This document shows positions 20,082 through 30,611 of a stretch of 64,000 nt of DNA, piece by piece. The notes beneath the pieces were generated by a model. That model did not search any database and was not told the DNA's origin. It saw only the letters and a program-made list of their open reading frames with translations. Source of the DNA: Desulfuromonas sp. (GTDB taxonomy: Bacteria; Desulfobacterota; Desulfuromonadia; Desulfuromonadales; UBA2294); contig PKUH01000110.1 of assembly GCA_002869615.1 (NCBI GenBank), positions 125,896-189,895 on the forward strand. Reading direction: 5' to 3'. Position numbers and translations under genes: made by a program. The number at the start of each line of letters is the position of its first letter. Position 1 is the first letter of the stretch.

Positions 20082-20501
20082 TTATAACGTTTCCAAGCTA
20101 CTCAGGAGACTTGGGAGATCCAGCATATTGATCATTTTTTCTTCGTAACTGTAAAGCATCCGGATATGAAGATCCTTCTGTTCTTCCTGCTGACAGGTCA
20201 GTAACATTTCCCGGTTGAGCGGCACGATCCGATGTATTGCTGTAACCCCCAGAGCCAGCGCTTTCTGTCCAATCGGCAGAACGATTACACGTTGGCCATA
20301 GGCATCATCAGCCAATCCCATATAGCGGCTCAGATCGAGAACCGGGACTATATTACCGTGAAAGTTGATCGCGCCGAGAATCGACCTGGGAGCCCGCGGC
20401 ACATAATTGAGCTCCGGTGCTTCGACAATCTCCTGCAGATCGTCAACTTCCAGCCCGAACCATTCATCGGCCAGTCGAAAAACCAGAACAAGATCCATCA
20501 C
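20082..20501 (-). CDS. cheW: chemotaxis coupling protein
   Basis: 139 aa CheW-like domain, within the che operon. Confidence 0.88.
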   Translation of the reverse strand: MMDLVLVFRLADEWFGLEVDDLQEIVEAPELNYVPRAPRSILGAINFHGNIVPVLDLSRYMGLADDAYGQRVIVLPIGQKALALGVTAIHRIVPLNREMLLTCQQEEQKDLHIRMLYSYEEKMINMLDLPSLLSSLETL

Positions 20502-21775
20502 GCACTCGGCAGATCATCCCCGAGTCGGAAGCGCTTGACGTTTTCCGCCAGGGTCTGGGCATAGGTTGCAAGTTCCTGGGCCGACTCGGCCATTTCACTC
20601 ATTGCCGCCGACTGCTCTTCGGTTGCAGCTGAACCTTCTTCAGTCGCCGCCGCATTGTCTGAAACAACCTGGGAAATCTCCTCTATTGCCTCGACCATTT
20701 TATTGGCGCCCTCGATCTGCTGACGTGACAACTCAGCAATACTGGTCGCCTTCGACTGGGTATTGACGGCCGTCTCAATAATCTCTTCAAATGCACTGTT
20801 GGTTTCATTGATTGCCTTGCGGCCTTCATCCATCTCCTGAATATTGTTGCGTAACGAAACCTCGACATTTTGCCCTTCACCCTGAACCTGGCCGATCAAC
20901 GTCGTAATTTCTTCAGCTGATTCGGTGGTCGAATCGGCTAGCTTCCGGATCTCTTCGGCGACGACAGCAAAGCCGCGGCCGTATTCTCCGGCCCGGGCCG
21001 CCTCGATAGTCGCATTCAGAGCAAGTAGATTGGTTTTCTGGGCAATGCCGTTGATCACCTCAACTATTTTCCCGATTTTGCCAAGCTGGTGACCGAAATT
21101 CACCACCTGTTCACCGCTGCGCTCGACATCCTGAAGAATCTGCAGCATCCGCTCCAGGGTCTGACGCGACTTTTCGCCACCCCCCTTGGCCGTCTGCGCG
21201 GTGATATCAACCGCGTCAGAAACCTTTTTCGAAGAGGATGCGACCAGTTCGGTATTGACCGCCATCTCCTTGATCAGACGGGATGCTTTTTCAACGGTCT
21301 CGGCCTGGATTTCGGCCCCGCGACTGATCTGTTCAACGGTATTGGCAAGTTCATGGCTGGAGGCTGTCATCTCTTCCGATGTTGCCGAAAGCCCCTGGGC
21401 AGAGTCACTGACCCGGACCGAAGCATCACGGACTCGACCGACCAACTCCCGGAGGTTGGCATTGACCCGATTCAATGAATCCGCCAGGTCTTCCGTTTCA
21501 TCGGCGAATCGCGACTCCTTCAACGTTATGGTTTGCGAAAGATCGCCGTTGCTGATCCGTTCTGCGGCCATCGTCAGAACTTTGATATTGCCGGTGAACG
21601 CTTTGGAGAAAAGTGATCCGAGAACCAGACCGACGAGAATGGCACCACCGGTCGAAACCAGCTGTTGCCAGACTTCGGCAATTCCGATCCTCGGAACCAG
21701 TAGGTTCAGAACCACAATGGAAGCAACGACAAAAATAAACCCCATGATGAATTTGTAGGTGATTTCGACACGCAT
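20498..21775 (-). CDS. methyl-accepting chemotaxis protein (short, HAMP + signalling domain)
   Basis: 425 aa with the highly conserved hairpin [31 protein letters not shown]. Confidence 0.93.
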   Translation of the reverse strand: MRVEITYKFIMGFIFVVASIVVLNLLVPRIGIAEVWQQLVSTGGAILVGLVLGSLFSKAFTGNIKVLTMAAERISNGDLSQTITLKESRFADETEDLADSLNRVNANLRELVGRVRDASVRVSDSAQGLSATSEEMTASSHELANTVEQISRGAEIQAETVEKASRLIKEMAVNTELVASSSKKVSDAVDITAQTAKGGGEKSRQTLERMLQILQDVERSGEQVVNFGHQLGKIGKIVEVINGIAQKTNLLALNATIEAARAGEYGRGFAVVAEEIRKLADSTTESAEEITTLIGQVQGEGQNVEVSLRNNIQEMDEGRKAINETNSAFEEIIETAVNTQSKATSIAELSRQQIEGANKMVEAIEEISQVVSDNAAATEEGSAATEEQSAAMSEMAESAQELATYAQTLAENVKRFRLGDDLPSA

Positions 21776-21825
21776 CGCTCAATTCCTCCAGTCAATTCCT
21801 TATGACAAGCCGTTTGCGTTTGTAC

Positions 21826-22749
21826 TTAAAACCGCTCCGGGCCAAACTCATTTTCAATGCAACGATAAATCCGCTCAACCGGATATTCCGATCGGAATAT
21901 ATGCCGGGCCGATCCGACCAGGGTTTCAGCACGTCCGAGGACGAGGAAACGATCCGGACCGAGGGCCCGGGCAAATCTGTCGAGGATCTTCGCTTGCTCT
22001 TCCCTGGAAAAATAAATCATAACATTCCGGCAGAGTATCAGGTCCGCAGCCGGATAGTCGCTATTTTTCAACACATCGTGCGACCGGAACTCAACCCGCT
22101 GGCGAATCTCCTCGGTTAACTGGAAACGGGTACTCTCGACCCTCTCGAAATAACGCTCGCGCACTATGTCCGGTACTTCGGCCAGACGCTGGGCGTCATA
22201 TTCGCCAGATTCGGCCTTTTTCAGAATCGGCCGGCTGATATCGGTGCCCAGGATGCTGACTTCAACATCATCAGTGACCATCTCGTGCAGGAGTAAAGCC
22301 AGCGAGTAGGGTTCTTCACCACTTGAGCAACCGACGCTCCAGATCCGCAATTGTTTCCGCCCGGTCTGCCGGGCCGCGGCAAGCAACTCGGGAAAAATCT
22401 TTTCTTCCAGGACCCGGTAAGTCGACGGATTCCGGAAAAAATGCGAAACATGAATCGTCAGAACGGCCAGAAGTGCATCAATTTCATCATTATCCGCATC
22501 GAGCAGTTCGACGTAGTTGGCCGAGCTTCTCAACCCCTTGGCCCGAACCCGGCTGGCAATGCGTCGCTTGATGCAACGATCCTTGTAACTGCCGAGATCA
22601 AAAGCCCGGCGCGACAGCAGAATCCGAACAACCTCCTGAAAGTCCTCGTCAGTAAAATCGGCGCCGACAAACGGGGCCTTGCCCTCCGTGCCGAACGATT
22701 CCCGGTCCGTCATCCCGCTCCTGCCAACTGGCTGATGCCGTGAAGACAC
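21826..22749 (-). CDS. cheR: chemotaxis protein methyltransferase
   Basis: 307 aa with the SAM-binding motif IWSVGCSSGEEPYSLA. The exact start is uncertain (alternative ATG at 22713). Confidence 0.9.
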   Translation of the reverse strand: MSSRHQPVGRSGMTDRESFGTEGKAPFVGADFTDEDFQEVVRILLSRRAFDLGSYKDRCIKRRIASRVRAKGLRSSANYVELLDADNDEIDALLAVLTIHVSHFFRNPSTYRVLEEKIFPELLAAARQTGRKQLRIWSVGCSSGEEPYSLALLLHEMVTDDVEVSILGTDISRPILKKAESGEYDAQRLAEVPDIVRERYFERVESTRFQLTEEIRQRVEFRSHDVLKNSDYPAADLILCRNVMIYFSREEQAKILDRFARALGPDRFLVLGRAETLVGSARHIFRSEYPVERIYRCIENEFGPERF

Positions 22750-22832
22750 GGAACCGTCCAGTATTATTGCCTATTTCTCTTTTGAAAGCAAAAACTATCG
22801 CTGTTTAAGTTAGTTCGCACAAGGATACATGA

Positions 22833-23828
22833 TTATCCTGTTTCTGGAAAGTGTTTGTAGCCGCGCTTCGCCGGCAGGGGGATGACTCCATCCGGCCCGT
22901 AAACCTTCAATTCCGAATGCCTTTCAACAATGCTGCCAATCCGGCCGATCGGCACGCCGGTTGATGCTGCAATATCGTCGATCATCGGTAAAGCTGAAGG
23001 GGGGGCGGTAAAGAGAAGTTCATAGTCTTCGCCGCCGGCCAGGGCAAGATCGATCAGAGAGGCATTGTTTGTCAACGCCGAACGGAAGGATGAAGAAAGC
23101 GGCAGCAGGTCAAGCTTGAGATCAGCACCAACCCCGGAAGCGGAGAGGAGGTGTTCAAGGTCACCGAGCAGGCCGTCCGAAATATCGATCATCGCTGTCG
23201 GGATATCACCGGCCGCGAGCCGGCGGCCGACTTCAACTCTGGCGGTCGGGTCAATATGCCGTTGCAACAGCTGCTCCTCCGGCGTCTGGCCGGAGAAAAG
23301 CTGCTGCAACGCCAGAGCACTGTCACCGACCGTACCGGTCACGCAAACAGCGTCACCAACTTCAGCGCCGTCTCGACCGACCCAGGCGGCCTCTGCGGCA
23401 ACTCCATAAGCAGTAACTGACAGCGTCAAACCGGAGGCCGAGCGACAGGTGTCGCCGCCGGCAAGAGTGATTCCATAGCCGGAACAAGCCGACAGGAACC
23501 CGTCAAGTAAATTTTCAAGATCGGCAATCGTAAGCAGGTCGGGGATGGCCAGAGAGAGAAACAGAAACCGGGGTTCCGCCCCCATGGCGGCGAGGTCACT
23601 GACGTTGACGGTTACCGCCTTGCGGCCGAGAGCATTTAAACCGATCCACTCCCTTTTGAAATGGACTCCCTCGGTCAGCAGATCCGTCGTTATCAACTGA
23701 ACCTCACCCGGGCCAATTGTCGTCACGGCACAATCATCACCGATGCCACGAATCAGGCATTCCGAAGAGCCGCATCGACTCTTCAGAAACCCGATTATGC
23801 TGAATTCATCGCGGCCAGCCAGCTTCAT
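22833..23828 (-). CDS. thiL: thiamine-monophosphate kinase
   Basis: 331 aa with AIR-synthase-related N and C domains (GDDCAV, DISDGL). Confidence 0.88.
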   Translation of the reverse strand: MKLAGRDEFSIIGFLKSRCGSSECLIRGIGDDCAVTTIGPGEVQLITTDLLTEGVHFKREWIGLNALGRKAVTVNVSDLAAMGAEPRFLFLSLAIPDLLTIADLENLLDGFLSACSGYGITLAGGDTCRSASGLTLSVTAYGVAAEAAWVGRDGAEVGDAVCVTGTVGDSALALQQLFSGQTPEEQLLQRHIDPTARVEVGRRLAAGDIPTAMIDISDGLLGDLEHLLSASGVGADLKLDLLPLSSSFRSALTNNASLIDLALAGGEDYELLFTAPPSALPMIDDIAASTGVPIGRIGSIVERHSELKVYGPDGVIPLPAKRGYKHFPETG

Positions 23829-26176
23829 GCCTTCTCTTTCAGTGCCGCATCGAGGACCTCTTCGATCCGGCCGGCGTAAACAAAGCTGATTTTTTTCCGT
23901 AAATGCGCCGGGATCTCTTCCAGATCCTTGCGATTCTTCTCCGGGATAATAATCGTTTTGATCCCGGCCTGTACCGCCGCCAGAACTTTCTCCTTCAAGC
24001 CACCGATCGGCAGGACCTTGCCGCGCAGGGTAATCTCACCAGTCATGGCCACGTCCTTGTCAATCGGCCGTCCTGACAAAGCCGATATCAGCGCCGTCGC
24101 GATCGTAATCCCGGCACTCGGCCCGTCTTTCGGGATGGCCCCGGCCGGAACATGCACATGAATATCGGATTTTTCGAAAAAATCTTCTTTAATTCCGAGT
24201 TCTTCGGAGTGGGCACGGGCAACCGAAAGTGCGGCCTGCGCACTCTCCTTCATGATTTCACCGAGATGACCGGTCAGGGTCAACTTCCCCGTCCCTTTCA
24301 TCGGGCGAACTTCAACGTAGAGGACTTCACCACCCGCTTCGGTCCAGGCAAGACCATTGGCGAGTCCTATTTCATTCTCGGTCCGCTCCTCTTCCGGCAG
24401 AAAGCGGGCCGGACCGAGAAAACGACCGATCGATGCCACATTGATCATCACCCTCGACTTTTTCCCATCGGCAAAACGACGTGCAACCTTGCGGCAGACC
24501 GCTCCGATTTCCCGTTCAAGGTTTCGCAACCCCGCTTCCATGGTATAGCCGGTGATAATCTTGCGCAGAGCGTTGTCGGAGAAGTCGAGGTCTTTTTTGT
24601 GCAGACCGTTCTCATCGATCTGGCGCGGCACCAGGTATTGCCTGGCGATCGCCAGCTTTTCTTCAGTTGCGTATCCGGCCAACCTGATTATTTCAAGACG
24701 ATCGCGCAATGCCGGGGGAATCGTTTCCAGGATATTGGCCGTCACAATAAACATCACCCTGGAGAGATCAAACGGCTGATTAATATAGTGATCGGAAAAG
24801 GCATGGTTCTGCTCCGGGTCGAGCAACTCCAGCAGGGCTGCTGACGGATCTCCACGAAAATCACTTCCGACCTTGTCGAGTTCATCAAGCATGAACACCG
24901 GGTTGTTGCTGCCGGCCTGCTTGACCCCCTGAATAATACGCCCCGGCATTGCCCCGACATAGGTCCGGCGATGCCCACGTATTTCAGCTTCATCGCGAAT
25001 CCCGCCAAGGGAAATACGCACAAACCTGCGGCCGAGGGCCCGGGCGATCGATTTGCCGAGACTGGTCTTGCCCACCCCGGGAGGACCGACAAAACAGAGC
25101 ACCGGCCCCTTGAGATTCTTCTTCAGTTTCCGCACCGCCAGGAACTCCAGAATCAGTTCCTTGACCTTTTCGAGGTCGAAGTGGTCTTCATCAAGTACAT
25201 TACGTGCTTTTATCAAATCAAGGCTGTCTCGAGTCGAATGACTCCACGGTAGATCGAGTAGCCAGTCGAGATACGTCCTGACCGTTCCGTACTCAGCAGC
25301 TTCCGGATGCATCGATTCGAGACGGCGAAGCTGTTTTTCGATCTCGCTTTCGATCTCCTCCGGTATTTTAACCTTACCGAGACGCTCTCGCAGTTCCGCG
25401 ACATCTTCTGCCCGCGGGTCACTTTCGCCAAGTTCGGCCTGAATCGCCCGCAACTGCTCGCGCAAAAAGTATTCACGCTGCGAACGCCCCATCTCCTCCT
25501 TGGCCTGGCTCTGAATCTCGCTCTGCACCGAAGCGAGCTCGAGTTCCCGGGCCAAAAGATCCTTGATCTTTTTAAGCCGCTGAACCGGATCACTGATTTC
25601 GAGTATATTCTGCGCCTCTTCGACCCTGAGACCTATATTGCTGGCGACCAGGTCGGCCAGACCGCCCGGCTGTTCAATATTGCCAAGAACACTCATAACA
25701 TCGGGCGGCATGGTCTTACCGAAGTTTGAAATTTGGGTCAATTGTTCCCGTACGGTTCTGACCAGGGCCTCCATTTCAAGGTCAGGTTCGGTGGACGACT
25801 CTTCCGTGATTCCGACAAGTCCGACCGAAAAATGCGGTTTATCATCAATGAAACGGGTGATTTTTGCTTTCGACACACCCTGCACAAGAATCTTGATCCG
25901 TCCATCGGGCAGCTTGAGCATACGCATAATCATCGCCACCGTGCCGGTCGGATAAATATCATCCTGACCCGGATCTTCAACTTCGACATCGCGCTGCGCC
26001 GCCAGAAAGATCTGCCGATCACCGGCCAGGGCAGCGTCGACCGCCGAAATCGATTTTTCGCGGCCGACAAACAAAGGCAGGATCATGTAGGGAAAAACAA
26101 CGATGTCACGAATCGGCAAAAGCGGCAATGTCTCTGGGACGGTGCCGGGGATGCCCTCTTCAACCTGTTGTGCCAA
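23825..26176 (-). CDS. lon: ATP-dependent Lon protease
   Basis: 783 aa. LON N-domain, GPPGVGKTS and the protease motif PKDGPSAG. Confidence 0.97.
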   Translation of the reverse strand: MAQQVEEGIPGTVPETLPLLPIRDIVVFPYMILPLFVGREKSISAVDAALAGDRQIFLAAQRDVEVEDPGQDDIYPTGTVAMIMRMLKLPDGRIKILVQGVSKAKITRFIDDKPHFSVGLVGITEESSTEPDLEMEALVRTVREQLTQISNFGKTMPPDVMSVLGNIEQPGGLADLVASNIGLRVEEAQNILEISDPVQRLKKIKDLLARELELASVQSEIQSQAKEEMGRSQREYFLREQLRAIQAELGESDPRAEDVAELRERLGKVKIPEEIESEIEKQLRRLESMHPEAAEYGTVRTYLDWLLDLPWSHSTRDSLDLIKARNVLDEDHFDLEKVKELILEFLAVRKLKKNLKGPVLCFVGPPGVGKTSLGKSIARALGRRFVRISLGGIRDEAEIRGHRRTYVGAMPGRIIQGVKQAGSNNPVFMLDELDKVGSDFRGDPSAALLELLDPEQNHAFSDHYINQPFDLSRVMFIVTANILETIPPALRDRLEIIRLAGYATEEKLAIARQYLVPRQIDENGLHKKDLDFSDNALRKIITGYTMEAGLRNLEREIGAVCRKVARRFADGKKSRVMINVASIGRFLGPARFLPEEERTENEIGLANGLAWTEAGGEVLYVEVRPMKGTGKLTLTGHLGEIMKESAQAALSVARAHSEELGIKEDFFEKSDIHVHVPAGAIPKDGPSAGITIATALISALSGRPIDKDVAMTGEITLRGKVLPIGGLKEKVLAAVQAGIKTIIIPEKNRKDLEEIPAHLRKKISFVYAGRIEEVLDAALKEKA

Positions 26177-26253
26177 AAGTAACCTCCATCAGCAATTGGA
26201 TTCCAAATCAGTACTATCCTGCACGTCGGGGCTGTCAAGTAACCGGCCGACCC

Positions 26254-27030
26254 TCAAGGTGTCGGCTCGGAAACAGTAAAATTATAACTCACCCGCGCCG
26301 ATTCCAGACCATTTTCATCAAAACTTTTCTCGATAAAGCTTGCCCGGTTTTTGTAATCAACGAGATAAAGAGTCGTGGCTCGGGTACCATATTTTTCACC
26401 TCTGATGAAACGGGCGGAAAGCATCCGCTCCCACTCGATACCGACTCCGGTATCTGGCAGATCGGCATCATCGGCCTGCGATCGATCCGCCAGGATGGCA
26501 AAAAGCTCTTCCGGATCGGTCGAGCCAGCCGCAACCCATCTTTCAAAGTCGGCCCTGGTTCCGACAACCTTCGGCCAGGGAGTATCAAGCCAGCCATTAC
26601 TTAGACCGTAGATTCCGGCACAAATTTTCCTCGAGCCGCCGCCGGTATTGGAAAAATAAAAGGTTTGCTTCAGGTCACCGGCAATAAAATTGAGTCCAGC
26701 ATAGTGGCCATCGTCTTCTTCGAGAAAGGCATGAAATGCTTCCAGGCCGATACCATCTTCGAGAAAACGCCGCACCAACTCGCCACGCGAGCGCCGGCTG
26801 TAACGTCGATGATGAAAATCACGATAGTTGGTCACCACCGCCCAGCGACCGGAACGATTCACTCCGAACCAACTGCCGCCCCGTTCAAGGTCGCGACCGG
26901 CCAGAAGGTCGGGAGCATCTTCCCAGAATCGCGCCGGTTCGGTCGGACGATTATAAAATTCGTCCCGATTTTCGGCAAGGACAAGACGGTATTCCGGATG
27001 GCTCTCTATCGCCAGGGCAAGCAGGCACAT
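26254..27030 (-). CDS. NRDE family protein (TANGO2-like)
   Basis: 258 aa. N-terminal MCLLA... followed by the ENRDEF motif. Confidence 0.8.
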   Translation of the reverse strand: MCLLALAIESHPEYRLVLAENRDEFYNRPTEPARFWEDAPDLLAGRDLERGGSWFGVNRSGRWAVVTNYRDFHHRRYSRRSRGELVRRFLEDGIGLEAFHAFLEEDDGHYAGLNFIAGDLKQTFYFSNTGGGSRKICAGIYGLSNGWLDTPWPKVVGTRADFERWVAAGSTDPEELFAILADRSQADDADLPDTGVGIEWERMLSARFIRGEKYGTRATTLYLVDYKNRASFIEKSFDENGLESARVSYNFTVSEPTP

Positions 27031-27142
27031 ACTGTCAGTGTTACAGATTCCACGGGTTTTGCAAAGAACAGATTCGGGGGGAATAAAAAAGGTTCTTCGC
27101 AGATTAGAGTGAATACAATGTTAGACTCATCCTTCAGCTGGA

Positions 27143-27162
27143 TCAGAACAGGCAAGAAAAGT
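27143..27162 (+). repeat. 20-nt direct repeat copy 1 (TCAGAACAGGCAAGAAAAGT)
   Basis: Second copy TCAGGACAGGCAAGAAAAGT at 27566-27585, matching 19/20 and lying 423 nt away. Confidence 0.8.
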
Positions 27163-27338
27163 CTGGAGCCGGTCGTTTGATACCGGCAGTCTTGATTGGT
27201 TGGATAGGTCGGATAGGGACACTTCCCGAAGTTCAGGGAGGTGTCCCCTCAAGACAGAAGATGGAAGAACCGCGCGGTCGCGGCCGCGCACTCCGCCATA
27301 CTCTTTTATTAAGCCATAAAATGAGTATGCAGAAAACG

Positions 27339-27362
27339 GCTCCCTTGCAGGGGGCTTTTTTG
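27339..27362 (+). terminator. orphan rho-independent terminator in a 650-nt gene-free region
   Basis: GCUCCC-UUGCA-GGGGGC followed by UUUUUUG. No plus-strand CDS lies upstream. Confidence 0.55.
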
Positions 27363-27565
27363 TCCGGTCTGAATTATTTCTGTTCAACTTTGCTGCCAGG
27401 GAGTTCGCCTCGAGGCGAACGCGGTTCGTCGCTGTGGCAGTTGCGGTTGGGCTACGGTTTAGTGATACGCGCCAAAATAAGGCGACCTCAAGAGCAAAGG
27501 GGGCAAGTCAAAATTATCAATGGATTCCCCCTTCGGCTACTTCGGCGAGCTCAGTACAAGATAAC

Positions 27566-27585
27566 TCAGGACAGGCAAGAAAAGT
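27566..27585 (+). repeat. 20-nt direct repeat copy 2
   Basis: See copy 1 at 27143-27162. Confidence 0.8.
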
Positions 27586-27677
27586 AAAATGGTATTTGGG
27601 TGAGACCCTTTGTTCCCGATAAAACGCGATGAACCTTTTTTTACTGACAACTAATCTCTGACTACTGAAGACCCCCT

Positions 27678-28241
27678 TTAACCGGTAATCTCGCCTTTGG
27701 TAAAGACCGCCTTCAATACCTGTCCGGCACCAGTGACATTCTCCTGAGCACCCTCCTGGCGATCGACCAGGGTGACGATCCCGAGAACTTCCAACCCCTC
27801 TTCCTGGGCCCGCTCGACCGCTTTCATCGATGAACCGCCGGTCGTGGTGACATCTTCGACGATCACAACCCGGGATCCGGCCGGCAGGTTCTTGCGACCT
27901 TCCAGCCACTGACCGGTGCCGTGCCCTTTCTGTTCCTTGCGGATAATAAAGGCATGCACGGGCGACCCTTCGAGAGCGGCGGCGATCGAAGTCGCCGTCG
28001 CAATCGGGTCAGCACCGAGGGTCAGGCCGCCGACCCCGTCGATCGGACCGTCGAAGGTTTTGACGATATCCCAGAAAGCCTTGCCGACCAGCAGGCCACC
28101 GGTTTTATGCAGGGTTGTCTGCTTGCCGTCGAAGTAGAAATTGCTTTTGCGGCCGGAAGCGAGGGTGACTTCACGCTCCTCATAAGATAACTCCCGGATA
28201 ATACCCATCAACTCGTTACGTTCTTCAACAGTCATTTTCAA
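27678..28241 (-). CDS. pyrE: orotate phosphoribosyltransferase
   Basis: 187 aa with the PRPP motif VVIVEDVTTTGGS. Confidence 0.93.
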   Translation of the reverse strand: MKMTVEERNELMGIIRELSYEEREVTLASGRKSNFYFDGKQTTLHKTGGLLVGKAFWDIVKTFDGPIDGVGGLTLGADPIATATSIAAALEGSPVHAFIIRKEQKGHGTGQWLEGRKNLPAGSRVVIVEDVTTTGGSSMKAVERAQEEGLEVLGIVTLVDRQEGAQENVTGAGQVLKAVFTKGEITG

Positions 28242-28287
28242 CTCCTTGGATAAACATCAATATGTAGAATGTAAGACTTTGATTTAA

Positions 28288-29694
28288 TTAAAAAAGACCG
28301 AGCTGGCTATCTGACTTTAGCCGGGGAAACCGGACCGGATAGTCACCGGTAAAACAGGCGTCACAGAAGCTGCAACTCTCTTTGCGATGCAGGCCGGCCG
28401 CCGCGTGCATCCCTTCCGGTGCAAGGTATCCGAGACTGTCGGCCGTGATGTACCGGGCGATCTCGTCAACGTTGTGCGAAGAAGCGATCAGTTCCTTGCG
28501 GGTCGGCGTATCAATCCCGTAAAAGCAGGGGTAGGACGTTGGCGGACTCGATATCCGGACGTGCACTTCCTTGGCCCCGGCATTGCGCACCATTTTGACG
28601 ATTTTACGTGATGTGGTGCCGCGAACAATCGAATCATCGACAACGATGACCCTCTTCCCCTCGATCACGTCACGCACCGGATTGAGTTTGATCTTGACGC
28701 CGAAATGCCGAATCGACTGGGCCGGTTCGATAAAGGTACGGCCAACATAATGATTACGAATCATCCCGAGCTGGAACGGTATCCCCGACTCTTCGGCATA
28801 CCCGATTGCCGCCGGCACCCCGGAATCGGGGACGGCCATAACGACATCGGCCTCGACCGCATGCTCACGGGCCAGCTGACGCCCGAACTCCTTGCGCACC
28901 CTGTAGACCTGCTCGCCAAAGATCGTGCTGTCCGGGCGGGCAAAGTATATATATTCGAAAATACAGGGCGATGGCTCGACCTGGTCGAACGGTCTGAACG
29001 ACTTCAGGCCATGCTTGTCGATCACCACCAGTTCACCCGGCTCAATTTCGCGAATAAACTCGGCCTCAATCAAATCGAAAGCGCAGGTTTCGGAAGCGAT
29101 CACGTAAGCACCATCAATCTTGCCGAGACAAAGCGGTCGAAACCCGTTCGGATCGCGCGCCGCAACAAGGCGGGTTTCGGTGAGAAAGACGAGACTGTAA
29201 GCCCCCTTGACCTGTTTCAGCGCCTCTACGACCCGGTCCGGGAGTGAATCGGCCTGTGAACGGGCAAGCAGGTGAATAATACATTCGGTGTCGGCAACGG
29301 TTGAAAAAATGGAGCCGGCCTGTTCGAGTTCATTACGACACTCACGGGCATTAACCAGATTGCCGTTGTGGGCGATGGCAATACTGCCGCGATGATAGTC
29401 GACGAGGATCGGCTGACAATTCTTGACGTCAGTTCCGCCCGTCGTCGAATAACGGACATGCCCGATTGCAGATTTTCCGGGCAGATTGTCAAAGATCGTA
29501 TCATCCTTGAAAACATCAGAGACCAGGCCATAGGCCCGGTGCGAGCGGAGTTTGTTGCCGTCCGACGCAACGATACCGCAACTCTCCTGGCCGCGATGCT
29601 GCAGGGCATAAAGCCCGAGATATGCCAGGTTGGCCGCTTCCGGATGGCCAAAAATCCCGAAAACACCACACTCATCCTTGAACTTATCGAACAT
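28288..29694 (-). CDS. purF: amidophosphoribosyltransferase
   Basis: Start set at the ATG at 29694 ([14 protein letters not shown], Ntn Cys). PRPP motif [11 protein letters not shown] and C-terminal Fe-S cysteines. Confidence 0.93.
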   Translation of the reverse strand: MFDKFKDECGVFGIFGHPEAANLAYLGLYALQHRGQESCGIVASDGNKLRSHRAYGLVSDVFKDDTIFDNLPGKSAIGHVRYSTTGGTDVKNCQPILVDYHRGSIAIAHNGNLVNARECRNELEQAGSIFSTVADTECIIHLLARSQADSLPDRVVEALKQVKGAYSLVFLTETRLVAARDPNGFRPLCLGKIDGAYVIASETCAFDLIEAEFIREIEPGELVVIDKHGLKSFRPFDQVEPSPCIFEYIYFARPDSTIFGEQVYRVRKEFGRQLAREHAVEADVVMAVPDSGVPAAIGYAEESGIPFQLGMIRNHYVGRTFIEPAQSIRHFGVKIKLNPVRDVIEGKRVIVVDDSIVRGTTSRKIVKMVRNAGAKEVHVRISSPPTSYPCFYGIDTPTRKELIASSHNVDEIARYITADSLGYLAPEGMHAAAGLHRKESCSFCDACFTGDYPVRFPRLKSDSQLGLF

Positions 29695-29785
29695 TCTGAA
29701 GGAACTCCCTGCCAACAGAGTTGTCGGCATCACTATGAAAGGTTTGAGCGAATACTAACATAGACCTTGATTGAAATAATAGATG

Positions 29786-30610
29786 CTAGAGTAATATCTG
29801 ACGAATAAAATCGACACCATTTTTATACAGGGTCAAACCCATCCCCTCTTCCGGCAAATCCGGCTCCCTGGTCCAGCGTGGATGATGCGTTCGGTGGGTA
29901 AATGCTTCGGGATGTGGCATCAGGCCGAACAAGCGGCCGCTCGCATCGCAGATTCCGGCTATCGCGTTGAGGGAACCGTTGGGATTAAGCGGATATTCCA
30001 TGGTTGATTCACCATCGGCGGTACTGTAACGGACGGCGGCCAGATGGCCGGCTTCGATCGCCGTCAGGGTTTCATCTGACGCCAAAAACTTCCCCTCGCC
30101 ATGGCGCACGGGAAAGTAGAGCGTATCCTGACCTTTGGTGTAGATGCAGGGTGACGCCGGATCGGCCTTGAGATAGCACCAGCGATCCTCGAACTTGCCG
30201 CTGTCATTAAACGACAGGGTCGCCGACTGTGATTTATAATCCCCGGCGATAGCCGGCAGCAGCCCCATCTTAACCATCAACTGGAAGCCGTTGCAGACCC
30301 CCATGACCAGTTTGCCTTCGCCTATAAAACGTTGCAACTGATCGGCGAGCTTCTCTTCGGAACCACTGATAGCGGCGTGGCGAAGGCGATTGGCTCCAGC
30401 CTTGGCTCTACCGAGATCGTCTCCATCAAGGAAGCCACCGGCCAGGTGCAGAAAATGGTAATCATCAAGCGAGCACCGGCCCGACAGTAATTCGGCGATA
30501 TGGACGATGTCGTTGACATCACTGCCGGCGAGGCGGCAGGCGTTTGCAACTTCGCGCTCACAGTTGGTGCCGTTACCTGAAATGATGATGCTCTTGACAA
30601 CCTTGCTCAT
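29786..30610 (-). CDS. purQ: phosphoribosylformylglycinamidine synthase, glutaminase subunit
   Basis: 274 aa with the GATase-1 nucleophile GVCNGFQ and HPE. Confidence 0.88.
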   Translation of the reverse strand: MSKVVKSIIISGNGTNCEREVANACRLAGSDVNDIVHIAELLSGRCSLDDYHFLHLAGGFLDGDDLGRAKAGANRLRHAAISGSEEKLADQLQRFIGEGKLVMGVCNGFQLMVKMGLLPAIAGDYKSQSATLSFNDSGKFEDRWCYLKADPASPCIYTKGQDTLYFPVRHGEGKFLASDETLTAIEAGHLAAVRYSTADGESTMEYPLNPNGSLNAIAGICDASGRLFGLMPHPEAFTHRTHHPRWTREPDLPEEGMGLTLYKNGVDFIRQILL

Positions 30611-30611
30611 A

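Noticed and set aside
27177-27587. 136-aa + strand ORF and other short ORFs inside the 27.0-27.7 kb gap.
   Set aside because: They have no RBS and no motifs. The ORF crosses an intrinsic terminator and several stable hairpins, so the region is better explained as non-coding.
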